Shown here: in pieces, positions 12,811 through 26,200 of the stretch
Layout: every line of letters starts with the position of its first letter
Position numbering within the stretch: position 1 is the first letter of the stretch
Source: Oopsacas minuta
Taxonomy: Eukaryota > Animalia > Porifera
Direction of reading: 5' to 3'
Assembly: GCA_024704765.1 (NCBI GenBank)
Contig: JAKMXF010000222.1
Location: 1,430,400 to 1,494,399, forward strand
DNA: 64,000 nucleotides
Notes under the pieces: model-generated
The model's database searches: none
The model's input: only the letters and a program-made list of their open reading frames with translations
What the model was told of the DNA's origin: nothing
Made by a program: the position numbers and the translations under genes

Positions 12811-15289
12811 GGGATTCCTTATATGTCGGCTAGCCGACAAATAAGGAATTATGGCCGATATATAAGGGTTTAACCGACATATAAGGATAAGGACTATATA
12901 AGGATTTATAAGGATTTATAAGGAACATATAATGATTATTATAAGGAATGTTATATTGCTACACTAGAGAAAGTATCTACATATATGTGCATATCTCTAA
13001 TGACAACTATCACACTGTGACAAAGTACCAAATTTTCATTTGTATTTATCTGTATTCCTTTTCTTCGTCCTAACATCGTTAAAGCTCAGTTTCCTTGTAT
13101 TGGAAGGGCGCCCTTTGGATCGAACACGTCTAGGATTTAGGATTGTTGCGATACTTGGAATAATTGCTCCACTTTCCTGTGGTATAGGTCTTAGCAATTG
13201 GTCCATTTCGGCTAATTTACCTCTCATAAGCGAAAAAGTTGAATGGTCAAGTGATGCAAGATGAGTAATGTTTTTAAATTCTGTTGTTAGCACGTTATAC
13301 CTTTCGTCTTTCGTTAGGATAGGATTATTTTGATCATTTTCTGTAATTATATTACATTGTGACTACCAATACAGTATAGCTATTAAAATTGTGATCTGCT
13401 TGATTCTCTATCCATTATGAGACGATATATTAATAGTTGAAAGAACACAAGGACACAACGTGAATAATTTGGCGAGTCATTACGTAATTCTGATATAACC
13501 GAGTGCGGTTGCAAAAATATCTGTGCTGTATCGAATGGCTGCTTACCTTCCAGAAATCGACTATAGCTTTGTCGTGTATATTCGTTATTTTCTCGTGATG
13601 ATAAACAATAAGCATGTGACGACATGTTAAACCCCATGATGATGGGAATAAGCATGTGCAAGATGTCAACGTTGTCTTACGGCTGGACTTAGCAAAAACC
13701 TTCGATAACCCGAGGTCCATAGATGTTAATTTCTCCTTGTTGGTACCTCCCGAAAATCCTTCTCTTTCAACTAGAATAAAGACAAAATACGAATTTGAAT
13801 TAGCATAAATTATTATACGTACACTCGGACCTCTTATCTGGACTCCGATATCCGGGTACCTCCCTCTACCGGGCACCATTTTTCCAAAAGGATTGAAATT
13901 GATTCGACCATTTTCCATTTTCAGTAAATATTCCTTATAGTAGAGCTGTTGTACTCGTACTTCATATCTAGCACGTTTCTTTGTAACTACAAACCGTCTT
14001 AACAGCCATATCCGTCCATATCGATATTTATCCTATTGATTATAATTGGATCCAGAGTTGGAATCGGGGTCGGGTTTTTCGGGTCCGGTTCTGAAAAGTG
14101 GACCCGATTCCAACTGATTGGCTCTCCCATAGAGTTAATGTTATTTCTCAGATTCGGGAAAATTCTGACTTCCGGGCACCCTACGGTCCGGCACTACCCG
14201 GATAAGAGAGGTTCGAGTGTACTATATTATTACAACTTCTCCCTTACCTGAGTCTCTGACAATAGAGTTAACTTCATAAATCTTTCTTCGCCAACGTTAA
14301 ATATGGCATCAACACTATATTGCATGCACTGATTAATTTGTGCATTTACAATCGCCAGTGCAAATGGTGTTAACTTAAGGTTTCGTTCTATCGGATGTTT
14401 AGATGAGTATGTAGCCACTTTAAGCGCTAACGGGGTTGCACGTATTTCATTTTGTTCTGAAAGGGTCTTCCTATTTTCATCGATTTTATTCGCGAGATGT
14501 GTAAGAAGAGTATGTGCATTTAAAAACTGTTTGATCGTTGAGTGAATGGATTCTGGACGTTGTGTGGAATGAGCACCCAACGTGAGGTGTTGCCAGGTTC
14601 ATCGTGATGCCCATTGAATTCTCTTGTCATATAATACAAGTAAAAAAGTTGAGCAGAATGGAATCATTTCAGTTGGATGTTCGATTTCATTGTATCCACT
14701 TAGAGAACATGAATTCAAATCGAGGAAATAATTTTGTAAAGCGATACCTGCAAAATATTCATCGGATTGATCGCTTGGTTCAGCCATGATAAATAGCTAC
14801 GTTGTTTAATTCGCACAAATATAATACATATTATCCGTAGATGGTAGGACTGAGTTACTGTGTCTCAATCAGAAATTGACCTTTTTGAACCCGAAATTCA
14901 ACCAAAATTGCCAAATTTCAGCCCTTTTCGGACTAAAAATCTCCAAAAAGGCTTAGTCCGTATACAGTTTTAATTAATCAAGTATAATACGTAAAACTTG
15001 TCAATTTGGGGCATATTAGACGTATAAAATCGCTAAACTATGATAAAATGTGAATCATTCAGTTGTCGGAACAAAATCTATCATACAAATTAAAATAAGT
15101 GCAACAATATTTTCATACTTTTGTATGTTAGAAATATACGTTTTTCCCTTCAGGATTACCACGATTTTGATTAATACGAATTATTATGCATATATGGAGA
15201 AATTCGAGGCAATTTATACGAAGTTAGAAAAATTCCTTATTTGTCGGTTAAATCCTTATATGTCGGCTAGCCGACATATAAGTAATCCC
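12811..15289 (-). mobile_element. Mutator-like (MULE) DNA transposon, defective deletion derivative
   Basis: TIRs GGGATT(C/A)CTTATATGTCGGCTAGCCGACA... and a perfect 9-bp TSD TTCAATAAA (12802-12810 and 15290-15298). Minus-strand transposase remnants: QWASR*TWQHLTLGAHSTQRPESIHSTIK, SWIM zinc finger CTCLFPSSWGLTCRHML and C-terminal RSKGRP. Premature stops and a nested MITE interrupt them. Confidence 0.9.
13818..14224. mobile_element. pogo-type MITE nested in the MULE transposase
   Basis: TA|CGTACACTCGGACCTCTTATCTGG ... CCGGATAAGAGAGGTTCGAGTGTACTA|TA. It splits the MULE coding fragments at 13430-13918 and 14230-14580. Confidence 0.65.
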
Positions 15290-15348
15290 TTCAATAAAAT
15301 TAAGAGTCATATTACGTCACAAGTTATATTCCATACCAATTAGCGAAT

Positions 15349-15756
15349 ATGACAAATGTAGCACTTCTTCAGAAGGGAGCACGTATACCTCTATGTACTG
15401 CAAATAATGAAGAACATCCAGCAGCTAATATACTGGATGGAAATAACAGTACTTTCTGGTTATCAACTGGACTCTTCCCACAGGAGATAATAATATCCTT
15501 GTCACAGTCCTCACTAGTAACTTCAATCAGTATCTTATGTTCCCATGTCAAGGAGCTCCTCATAGAAAAGAGTGTGAATGAAGATGCAGGCGACCTAGAA
15601 AATCTGTTACGTAGTGAACTCGAGTTCCAGGAGACCTTACAGAAACAAGAGTTCAAGTTATCTAGTCCTACACTTATCCGTCACATCAAGTTGATAATAC
15701 AATCTGGATACGATCATTTTGTGTCTATTAATAGTGTAACTGTAGTGACTAGTTAG
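15349..15756 (+). CDS. IFT25: Intraflagellar transport protein 25 (HSPB11), intronless
   Basis: 135 aa with HPAANILDGNNSTFWLSTGLFPQEIIISL and RHIKLIIQSGYDHFVSINSV, diagnostic of IFT25/HSPB11. Confidence 0.93.
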   Translation: MTNVALLQKGARIPLCTANNEEHPAANILDGNNSTFWLSTGLFPQEIIISLSQSSLVTSISILCSHVKELLIEKSVNEDAGDLENLLRSELEFQETLQKQEFKLSSPTLIRHIKLIIQSGYDHFVSINSVTVVTS

Positions 15757-15964
15757 ACACTGCATATGTTAATCATTATTATATTATATTCATCCAACTG
15801 CAGCTGATTCTATTCAATTCACTGATCATTGAATAAATTGAAAATATGCTTAGTATAGTTTTGAGTCTTATTCGTAGCAACATAGGCAACCCCTTTAGCA
15901 TCGTAAATCGTGGGGTTTTGGGATTTGTGATGTTTATTGGGAGCAAGTAAATACCTAACAGTAA

Positions 15965-16388
15965 CAGTAGACCCTCGATTATCCGAATAGCTGGAAGGGC
16001 ATTTAGTTTGAGAAATTGTTAAATTTCATCTCAACAGGAACAGGGAGCTTTATACTACTTTAGTACTTGGTTTCGGATTATGTGATCATTTTAGAACCAT
16101 CGATACTATTAAAACGCAATTATGCATATAACACTATAAAGTTTAGCCTCTATACTTAAGCTAACCTGGAGTAATAAGCTGTCGCATAGCGACCTAGCAA
16201 ACGAAGCGCGGTAGTATTGTAATAAATAATAAATATGCAGTCAAATGTTTCAAATTACAAATTTCCCCAACTTCATCTATCACTGATCTGAGCTGTGAAT
16301 TTCCTATAGGAAATACATTATTTCAGTTATCCTAACAACAAAATTGAAAGTATATGACGAAAGTGTTCGGATAATCGAGGGTGTATTG
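15965..16388. mobile_element. pogo-type MITE
   Basis: TIRs CAGTAGACCCTCGATTATCCGAA / TTCGGATAATCGAGGGTGTATTG|TA. Confidence 0.65.
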
Positions 16389-16803
16389 TAGCGAGTAACT
16401 ACATATATATTTCTGTATTTCTTTGCATATGCAAATTGAGCTTTATTATTTAGCATTCTGTTTCTATTGCAAGGCCAATTTAAACTTCCATCCACTTACA
16501 CTTTCGCATAAGTCAGTGTTCCCGTTTGCGCTTTATCTAATATGTGTAGTTCATTAGATGATGCGCTTAACATTATTTCTAAAACCGTCATTTGCCAATT
16601 ATCACCGCTTTACAAGAATCGTGTGTGTAAATTGGAGCAGATTACAAACACTATAATTATTATTGTTGGTTTGGCAAATTCATAAAATAGCCTGTACCGT
16701 GAGCCTTGCACTTATAATTATTTCTAAATTAGCTGGTAATATTAATTAATACATAAATGAATAATAATAAATATTCATTAATTTCATTAATAATGTAAAT
16801 TAA

Positions 16804-18752
16804 CTAAACAATATGATCATAACATAATACGAGTTCACAGTGTAACGTGTGTGGGAACAAATCTACAGGAATACCTCTAGCGGGACGGAAAGGCTGTCCT
16901 GTCATACGAGTACTAGCAGGTCTACATATATCTACCAGATTCTGACTAGCTTTTGACACGCTACAAGCTAGATATATTAATCTCTTTACATTTTTTGCTT
17001 TCCTCAGTGTACGTATAACAGAGGATGGTACACCGGCACGAGGAGGATCTAACACAGCTATAACTTGTTTGGTATTTATATATATCTCATCCAGTAGATC
17101 AAGTTTATGCTCTACAGCTCCACAGATGAACTCTGTATTTACAATATTGTTCTGCTTTGCGTTATCTTTTGCATCTTCTATTGCTTCTTGGCTGATCTCT
17201 ATTCCTATAACTTTATCTACGTGACTAGCTAGACAGAGACCTATAGTACCAGCTCCACAACACAGGTCCAGTAGTACTGTGTGTTCTCCTGACGGGACAT
17301 TCTGGAGGATTACGTCATACAGTAACTCTGCAGCTTGTGTATTCACCTGTATAACATGTAATCAATTACAGCAGCGGTTCCAAACCTTTTCGCCTGTGGA
17401 CAGTGGGCCCCTATACCAATTTTAACACATGCTGTGTACATACACCCTGCTGTCGTCCGTGGACCACCAAGGGGTCCATGGACCCCAGTTTGAGAACTGC
17501 TGACCTGCATTATAGAATGATAGACAGATTGAAATACCTGGAAGAAAGCATTAGGAGAAATAGAGAACTGAACTCCTAGTAGTTTCTCACTCAATTTCGT
17601 GTCTCCTCTCAACAGCTCCATCTCTCCAGACCTGCCTCCTATACTCATAGACTCACACAGCTGATAGTAAACTGAGCTTATCCTGAGTTCAGGACGGGCT
17701 GTTGAGTACAGATGTTGACACAAATTATCACATTCCTCTCTCACTTGTTCTCGACTCAGACCTTGTGTGTGTATCTGTATTATAACCATATGTTCTTGTG
17801 CTTGATTGCTTCTCACTGTAATCTTATAAATTAATAAGTAATCATAAAATTTCCTAAATATAATCAAATCAGTTTGAAATATTCAATAACTGTAAAATTA
17901 AGAACATTCCATTACCTGTTTCCAATTGCCACTGTGATTTCTTGGATCGAATACTTCTAATTTAGAATTAAGTATAAACTGATTACATATTTCTACCAGT
18001 CTTAACACATCCTTAGGAATATGTATACAGCCGTGTGGAGGAGCTACTGTCCAACTGCCCTCCTTATACGCCCCCAATCTGAAGCCCAGGCAGCGCCTCC
18101 CGTCTAGATATGTACCGCATGTAAACTCGCTCTTATTTCTGTATCCTAATATGATTGGGGATGCTATGATGTCACTCAAAGGACAGTACTGTGTATTGCA
18201 AGCAGCTGATGTGATCAGCTGTTGCTGGATCTTATTCAGACTCTTCTTCACTTCAGTTAGCTTTCTCTTCAGCTGTTCCTGATAAGATACATCCCACAGA
18301 GGTGTCACGGCCCGTAACATGCTATCAGTCTGCTCCTCTTTGCTAGGAACAGGAAGAGGCTGATCAGCTGATATAGGAGGAGGTTTCATATAAATAGGAT
18401 CTGTGCGTGGTCTAGCTGGTTTAAGAATTAATTTCTGTCCTTTCAACACCTCCCCATTAACCCTTTCTATAGCCAGCTGTTTTTCCTCAGAGGTCTGAAA
18501 AGTCGCGAATGCGAAGGACTCCTTGGGACGAGACCGCACAATCTTAATTTTGATAGGTGTCAACTTGTATCGATTGAAAAATAACTTGAGTTGTGCATAA
18601 CCGCAGAATCGAGGTATATTTTTAATTTCTACTTTGTTTACCTCAGAAGTGAACTCATCTCTCTCAGTATACGAGTACATATCATCTGTTACTGCAGTAC
18701 AGGTCTGGATAGGGAGCTGATCACTATCCTCAGATGGAGCACATGATGCCAT
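16804..18752 (-). CDS. TRMT2A: tRNA (uracil-5-)-methyltransferase homolog A; exons 18752-17916, 17822-17538, 17346-16804
   Basis: N-terminal RRM (VEIKNIPRF), GYRNKSEFT, FSISPNAFFQ|VNTQAAELLY, LLDLCCGAGTIG (SAM motif), VLDPPRAG and VDLFPHTLHCE. GT-AG introns join the three ORF-track fragments in frame. Confidence 0.92.
17372..17502. mobile_element. hAT-like MITE in TRMT2A intron 2
   Basis: Termini CAGCGGTTCCAAAC ... GTTTGAGAACTGCTG resemble CAG(T/G)GTT(T/C)CCAA hAT ends. No clear TSD. Confidence 0.45.
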
Positions 18753-19282
18753 TTATATCTATATACCCTACGTACAATCTAGTTCTTACAGCTATATGCC
18801 GTATTTACTCGAATACTTGTAGCCGGTGTGATTATTACCTACCCTCAGGAGCCAACTACCATCCTAGGAAATGCTACAGTTGCTTATAAGTGCTCATGCA
18901 CTCTTACTTTATGTAAAGTAAAGTAACAGTGGATAACAAATATCCAGTGTGTGCTATTACTCGGGGTAGGCCGGTAGGGGCTACTATTCTAGTAAACACG
19001 GTACATCAGTTCAAACCTCAAACTGAAATGCAAAATTTGCACGTTTGTCTTTTTACCTACAATAATATAATAATACTCGTATAAGTACAGTGTACCTTTC
19101 AGGCTCGGAAATGTTCCCTGTCCCTGTTTAGATTATTATATGGAGGGAAATGTCGACTTTACCGTTGCAACACCGCCTAGCCAAAAGACCGATTAATTAT
19201 CTATACTGTAAAACACAACGAAATAATGAATTCATAATTCTTCTCTTCGAACATAATAATAAATAACAAATAGAAATGCTAG

Positions 19283-21906
19283 CTAGCAAACTGTTTGATT
19301 AGTAATATTAAAACTAGTGATATTATAGTAGTCAGGGAAAGATAGCAGATTGAAGATAGGTAGCCCTAATGTGTTAGTGAATATAATCAGAATACTCATA
19401 CATACTATATTCATACCGAATCCTGTTAACAGCATGTCTACTATACGTAGATGACCGTAAGCGTACACAATAGCATTTGGGGGCGTGGCTACTGGAAACA
19501 TGAAGGCATAAGAGGTAGCTATAGTGCTAGGCACCATCAAGTATAGCGGGTTAACACCAATACTCAATGACAAGCTATGGAGGATAGGAAGTAGTAGAGT
19601 AATTGTAGATACATTGGAGATAACCTCAGTACCAAATGTAGTTAGTATTATTATACTAGTGCTGAGTAGGAATGGATGTAGATTACCGAGTCCATGTAAG
19701 TTAACAGCTATACAATTAGTGAGTCCAGATACCTGTGATACATACGCTATAGCGAATCCACTCCCTAGGAGCAGGACAACACCCCAGGGCAGCTTGGTCT
19801 GGACAGTGTCCCAATCTAGCAGTCGCTCATACGTTCCAGTTGTTCCATCTTGTTTCCATGGTAGTTTCGCTGGCAGTAAGAATAACAGAAATGCAAAGAA
19901 TATAGCAACAGAGGAATTAGTTAGATATCCTCTGGGGTGTTCCTCATCTGAAAAGAGACTAGACCAACCAGGAAAAAGCTGTGGAGCTCTCAGTAACCAG
20001 AGAAGTATCAGCAATATCATCAATAAAATCAGCATTATTTGTGCGTAGCTAATAGGCCCCAATTTCTTATAATGTTCCCGAACAACTTCTCTCATTCGTT
20101 TGCTCTCCACGCGATACATTGTCTTGTTACAACATACATGTCTGCAAGTAAACAGACAGTCATCACAGAATATGCCAGACAGGTACATCCATGCAAATAC
20201 TAGTGCTGTGGCTGCACAAGGAAATGAGAATATAAACCAGCGTCCCCAATCTATAGGAGGAGCTTGTGGGAAGTTTGAGTTAAAATAACCGCTCAGGACA
20301 ATGTTAGGTCCTGTGCCTATGAGAGTAGCAGTTCCTCCTATATTAGCGGAGTATGCTATTCCTAGCATTAATGCCTTGCAAAACCTGAGATAAGAAGTTG
20401 TGTGATATTTCTCTTCTGAATTGGTGATAAGTTCTGTTCCTGGATCTGTACTCTCTTCTTCGTCTACATCTGAGGTTGTTAAGATACTGATCTAAGAGTC
20501 AGAGTAGTTATAAATAGGCTGAAAGACACTTATCTATACTCAGTATTTTAGTTTGTAATTATTATATGATATTTTTTCTTTGCATTATATTTTGAACTGT
20601 AGACAGAGATGTCAAACAATTAATTTTATTGGGTAGACGAAATGTTACATAGTGAGTCTGTGACATGGACTCAAAGGTGATTTAGAGCAGAGGTTCCCAA
20701 CTGTACACTATACCAATATAACACATCGTGTGAACCCCTCCCATAGACTGCAATTCAAATTTTGAGATCCTGTAGACCCCTGCTGTCGTTTGTGGATCCC
20801 ATGCTGGGAACAGCTGGTTTATAGTTCATAAAGAGAGCTAGATCTAACCTGTTCGGTATCCTTAGAATTCCCACTTACTGTAAACTTAACAGGTGTATCC
20901 TTAGCATCAAACAGGAAGCTATTCTTCACTTCCTGCTTGAGACTGAGTAACACTGCCTGAGCTATAGGAACCATGAAAGCAGTAACAGCAGTGTTACTTA
21001 TCCACATGGATAAGAACCCAGTTACTAACATAAATCCTAGTAATAGCCTTCTAGGTTGAGAGCCGAATAGAAGCAGTGCTGAGAAAGCAATCCGCTTGTG
21101 GAGATTCCATTTCTCTACTGAAACTGCTATTATCAGTCCTCCTAGATAGAGGAGATTGTTTTCTGTAAAATACTTCTGAGAAATAGAATTGGTATCTGCC
21201 AGCTAAAATGTAAGTAATGGCATAATACGGTATAAGAGACTCTTGATTATCAACATTTTAGTATATGAAATATTAAATAACTTCCCCTAATTTACGGATA
21301 GATCTTCTAAATTGTTCGTTATAAAGGTGCAATGGTTCCTCATTTTCATAGGTTCCCCTTTCGGAATATATTGGACTGAAACAATCTATATCACCTGACC
21401 TTTGACATGACATGACCTATTACAAGTAATTGAGTACAAAAAGTACTAGTGAGGGAACCGCACAGAAAATATAGTAGATACAGTACTTAGAATATCTTTA
21501 TACGTATGCCAGGGACGATGAATATGTGCACCCCTTTATCCGGAATTTAGTATTAACCGTGTTTTTCAAAGCTAGTTACACTAATGATCACTATTATGTC
21601 CCTGGTAATATACTAGTTACTACTTATGAATTATAGTAGAAACTCTTTAAATAATAGTTATTGAAAACGACTCACATTCAGAATAGGAAATATAAACACA
21701 GGCAGGAGAGCTGTAGCAGCCAGAGGAGCAACATCACCTACCCAATATGTACCAATTATCAAAATACCATAAGCTGCTTTTGCTGGATTAGAGCCTGACA
21801 CTATCAGGAGAGGTGAGTACACGAGAGGAGCCAGCAATATAACTGCTGATTTCCACCAGATTCTAGTCAGGGTAAGGATATATCTGAGAACAGATCTCTT
21901 ATTCAT
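19283..21906 (-). CDS. SLC13-family Na+/dicarboxylate-citrate-sulfate cotransporter; exons 21906-21676, 21202-20849, 20491-19283
   Basis: Motifs LHKRIA, FLSMWISNTAVTA, AYSANIGGTATLIGTGPN, LPWGVVLLLGSGFA, TEVISNVST and AFMFPVATPPNAIVY. The GT-AG junctions keep the frame. Confidence 0.92.
20688..20816. mobile_element. hAT-like MITE in SLC13 intron 2
   Basis: CAGAGGTTCCCAAC ... GCTGGGAACAGCTG, with flanks ATTTAGAG / GTTTATAG (degenerate 8-bp TSD). Confidence 0.5.
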
Positions 21907-22585
21907 CTTCTCATTAGTTAGTAGTAGAGGAACGTAGATATATTTATATTAGTTGTATACAGAACTAATCTCCATCTACTACACCGCAAATACAATGATA
22001 CATCAATTATTGAGTGATTACAGTCAACTTTCGTTATTCGAACACAGATATATCAAAATACCCTCTTATATGGAAGTACAGTGAAACCTTTCGTGAATAA
22101 AAAAAACAAGATTAATACGAATTTCCGGATAAGACGAAGAAACATTTACACAAAATCAGGCCAGGTCCATACAACCTACAACGGTTATTCAAATGGTATT
22201 ACTGCAATTAATACGAACTCATGATAAAGCGAGCAAAAAAGTTTGACCGTCCGTTGTTCGTATTAATGAAGTTCCGATGTATTAAATTGTATAAATATGG
22301 TCCCAAAAATAACATAAATTCCATCAATTAGGCCTATTAATGAGGAACTCTTAACTCTTTTCAGCTCCACATGAGATCCACCTGAGTATTCATGCGGGCA
22401 GGCGGGAGGTCCATTATCATTTAATGACAAAATAATGAGATAACATCTCATTGTTTTATGACGTATCAGTGGAAAAATTGGTTCATTCATAAAATATTCA
22501 AATGACTAAAGTCAAATTTGATATTGTATATGTCAGCGAGATTTTCCTATTCACTTTTTATTCTGAGGAATAGGATTATTTAATA

Positions 22586-22860
22586 CAGTATACACTCGAT
22601 TCGGGACACTTTCGGACAAAAAAGTTGCCCCGCTTTGGGAGAGTGCCCCGATAATCGAGTGGCTGTAATTAGACAACTATATTCCATTCACCATTCATAC
22701 TAATTACAACACTCACTGCTATTTATAATTTGGTGGAAACACGCTTTGGGGAAAACTAAACACTGATTATGAACACAATTTTTGCTCCCTGGATGTTGTA
22801 AAAGTGAATCTGACTGTATTAATAAATATGATAGCTGCCCCGATTATCGAGTGTCCACTG
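22586..22860. mobile_element. pogo-type MITE
   Basis: TA|CAGTATACACTCGAT ... ATCGAGTGTCCACTG, with an internal repeat of the subterminal motif CCCCGATAATCGAG. Confidence 0.55.
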
Positions 22861-23221
22861 CACACAATTTCCCGCCGACATATAAGTAAACTGTATTATA
22901 ATATGCTAGTAGTGGAAGAAAAGTAATCTCTATTGTTCTATTAGCTAGTTTATATAGTAATACCCTGTAGTTGAAAATACATTGAGCAAATGGTGAAATA
23001 ATGACAATAATAGTGCGGTGGAACTAAAACATATTTCCAACTAACAATGGCCTATATTATATCGAAGTAATTATTGCAGTCCCTTCAGCTCAGATATAAC
23101 GGGTGTTTACTTACATGGTGTTAACCTTTTGGTCACGATTATGCATTAGTCATAGGACAGCAATTGATATAATACAATACGTATAAATAGATAAGTAAGC
23201 TGGATATATAACAGCACTCAG

Positions 23222-26200
23222 TCATATGTGTTGGTATAGAGAGGCCTGAGGAGAGCCTTGTCTCATAAGACGTCCTGGCTCATGGAACAGATCAACTACA
23301 TAGGGTCTACTAGGGACCGTCAATGTAGGGTCAGGACTGGGATCAGGGAGCATGACTTCATTCCAGGCACGTCCGTACTCTCCACGTACCAGGGTACTTC
23401 TGATACCAGTCTGATCGGAGAGAAATTTGAAGAGGAGAGCTCTGTGTTGAAAGAATCCTTGTCTGATCAACCCGATCGGTAAGAGATTGGATTGCCGGTT
23501 GTATTTCAACTGACTCAGATGTAGATGATAGTCAAATGAGCCAAGAGAAGACCTGGAATGATATTCAATTATTCATACAGAGATTATTGATGTTTATGAA
23601 AAGAATTAGAGCTGTTGCAAGATAATTATATGATTATTACACGTAGTCTATATGAATCTCTCACAAGTACAGCGTAACTTCCACAAACGGGATGCCAAGA
23701 ACGCCGAACTAGTACTGTTTCTTTTTCTGCCAAATTCACCGTTTTCGGAGGTTATACTTACACTACACTATTGACAATGAATATTAATCCTAAGCGACCA
23801 ATCCACAATAGAAATTATGACTGTTTGCATGTAGGTTATGTATGGGTTGAGTATGATTGGTACTGTCTCTTCATTCTGGTACCAATATGGATTGTAACTG
23901 AATGACGACAATACCAATCGCTCAGTCTTAACTCAACTCACACATAACATCCATCTAAACCATCTTAAACATGTTGTGGATTGGTGCGGGTTACATCTGT
24001 TAGTTGTGGAAATAAATATTAAATTTGAGATGCTGGGAGGCAGGAGTAAGTCATACAGTTAGGCCAGTGCAGAGCTCTAAATAATGTAATCACTATAGTA
24101 TATAAGTACACACTTACTTCTCTACTTCCCCACCCATCTGATCCGAAACCAATTTGGCTATATATCTCACTGTCTCTCTGGAATTCTCAGCTGATCTCGC
24201 GAAACTTATCACCTCTGGTACCATCTCTTGTAGCGGCTGATCAGTGGGGATAGAGAATACAGGTTCTGAAGGTTCTGAAGGTACCTCCTCCTCTTCTTTC
24301 AGCTCTTTATCAACTTTACTACTCTTCTTGCTAGACTTCTTCTCTGTTTGAGAGTCTGCTCCCTTTCGAGACTTGCTCCTCTCCTTCGCTAGAGTCTCCT
24401 CCTTCTTCTCCTCTACAACAGGAACTTCCTTCTCTTCTGCCCGGGAATTCACACACACCGCAGTTAATTTGTCTGAGAGAGGGAGTTTGCTCAGCTCCTC
24501 CAGAGATCTGAACTCCACACTATGAGAACTGGACCCCACCTCATAGAACCCATCCTCTATACTGTCCCACTCCCCCAGACGACCAATGGTCCAGAATTTA
24601 GCCACGAGATTAGTACTGAGTAGTCCCTCAAGAGCTCTAGAGCTGAAAATGCTACGTAACTCTGAGGACTCCTCTACTTCTTGTAGTATCTGTAAACAAC
24701 CACATCCACACAAATCCCGAGCAGAGTCAGGTTTGCTTACTAACACTGATACTACCCAGCCTGCAGCTTTTCTCACCTCAGCTTCTGGATCTATCAACAG
24801 TTGCACTAGTTTGTTATATCCCTGGTGTGTGACGAGATGTGTAGCTGTTAACAATTCTGTAGAGAGACAAGCAAGCAGTCTACAGAACCCTGCACGGACC
24901 TACACAAGAGATATCAAACTATTGAAATGACGAATCATATAATATAGATCACCTTTTTATCAGTCGAAGATAGTTCCTCTATCATGATCTTAACAACACC
25001 CAGCTGTAATATATCCAGTCTGTACCCTTCTATGAGAGAGAAGTTCTCTAACACAGCAGCTGTCTTAGCCTGTACAGGAGAACGAGAGTGTGAGAGGAGA
25101 GGAATGAGTACCTCCAGTCCTCTCAGATCTCCTGACACCTTGCTCTTGTTCTGTGAGGACTCAAGTGTAGCTTCAAACAGAGCAGAGAGGGTTGACTCTT
25201 TCACCTCCCCCTCCTGCTCCTGACTGTCACGAGAGAGGACTGACACCAGTACTCCTAGTCCTCCTATCTCTTCGTGTCCCAGCTGTTCCTTAGCCATGCT
25301 TAATTGTGTCAGCGCTGCCAGGGCGTGACACCCCGCTATACAAACTCTAGGATTGTCATCTCCTACTAGTCCCACAAGCACCTTAACTGCTCCCTGCTCG
25401 TAGAAGAGACGTCTAGCTGGAGCAGATTTACAAGCACGACATAATGCTTCTGCTGCGAATTGTTTCACCTTAAAGAACATAATAATAATAATACAATTAA
25501 TTCGTTGAAAAAGTTCAATATAAAGTCTTACCTCAGGAAGAGTAGCATTACCAATGTGTTCCAACAAAGACTCAAGTAAACCACTACTCTGGATCTGTTC
25601 CAGACTCTCCATCTCCTCAAGGCAATGAGACAGTACTCTGAGGGCGTGTACATGTAGGTCTGATACCTCAGGGTTTCCAATGAACGCCACGAGGGGAGTC
25701 AGTCCTCCTACCTCACGTAGAGCTGTCCTTACCTTTGCATCACGTGTACAGTGACTAAGTGTGATCAGGGAGAGTTCCTACAAATTAATACTATCTAGTT
25801 TATACTAATATTAGTAGTTACTGAGAGAGAGGTGAGTACAAAATCACATTTTAAAATGTAAGTATACAAATCGTGTTCTTCCCTTGGGAGTTGGAACTAC
25901 TGCTCAATACATGAAAATAAATACAGTCAATCCCGTTATATCGAAGCTCAAGAGACAGCGATAATTACTTCACTACAGATGGAATTTAAGTTGCTTCGAC
26001 ACTTTGGGACCATATTTTGTAGAAATACAGGCTTCGATATAAGCGAGTATTTCGATATATTTGGGAGTAGACTGTAGTTCTAGTATCAAATTAGACGGGC
26101 AAAATACCACATGGCAGCATTATCAGGGCGTTCAATAAGTCTTGCGGGTCATGATATATCTTAGGAATTAGTCAAGTAATATATCTAACTTTCATATATT

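Noticed and set aside
12846-12950. Short tandem ATATAAGGA repeats as a CRISPR-like array
   Set aside because: There are no unique spacers and the context is eukaryotic. They are subterminal repeats of the MULE.
13430-13918. 162-aa ORF as a stand-alone novel SWIM protein
   Set aside because: It is a chimera: the N-terminal part is read from the nested MITE and the rest is a MULE transposase remnant.
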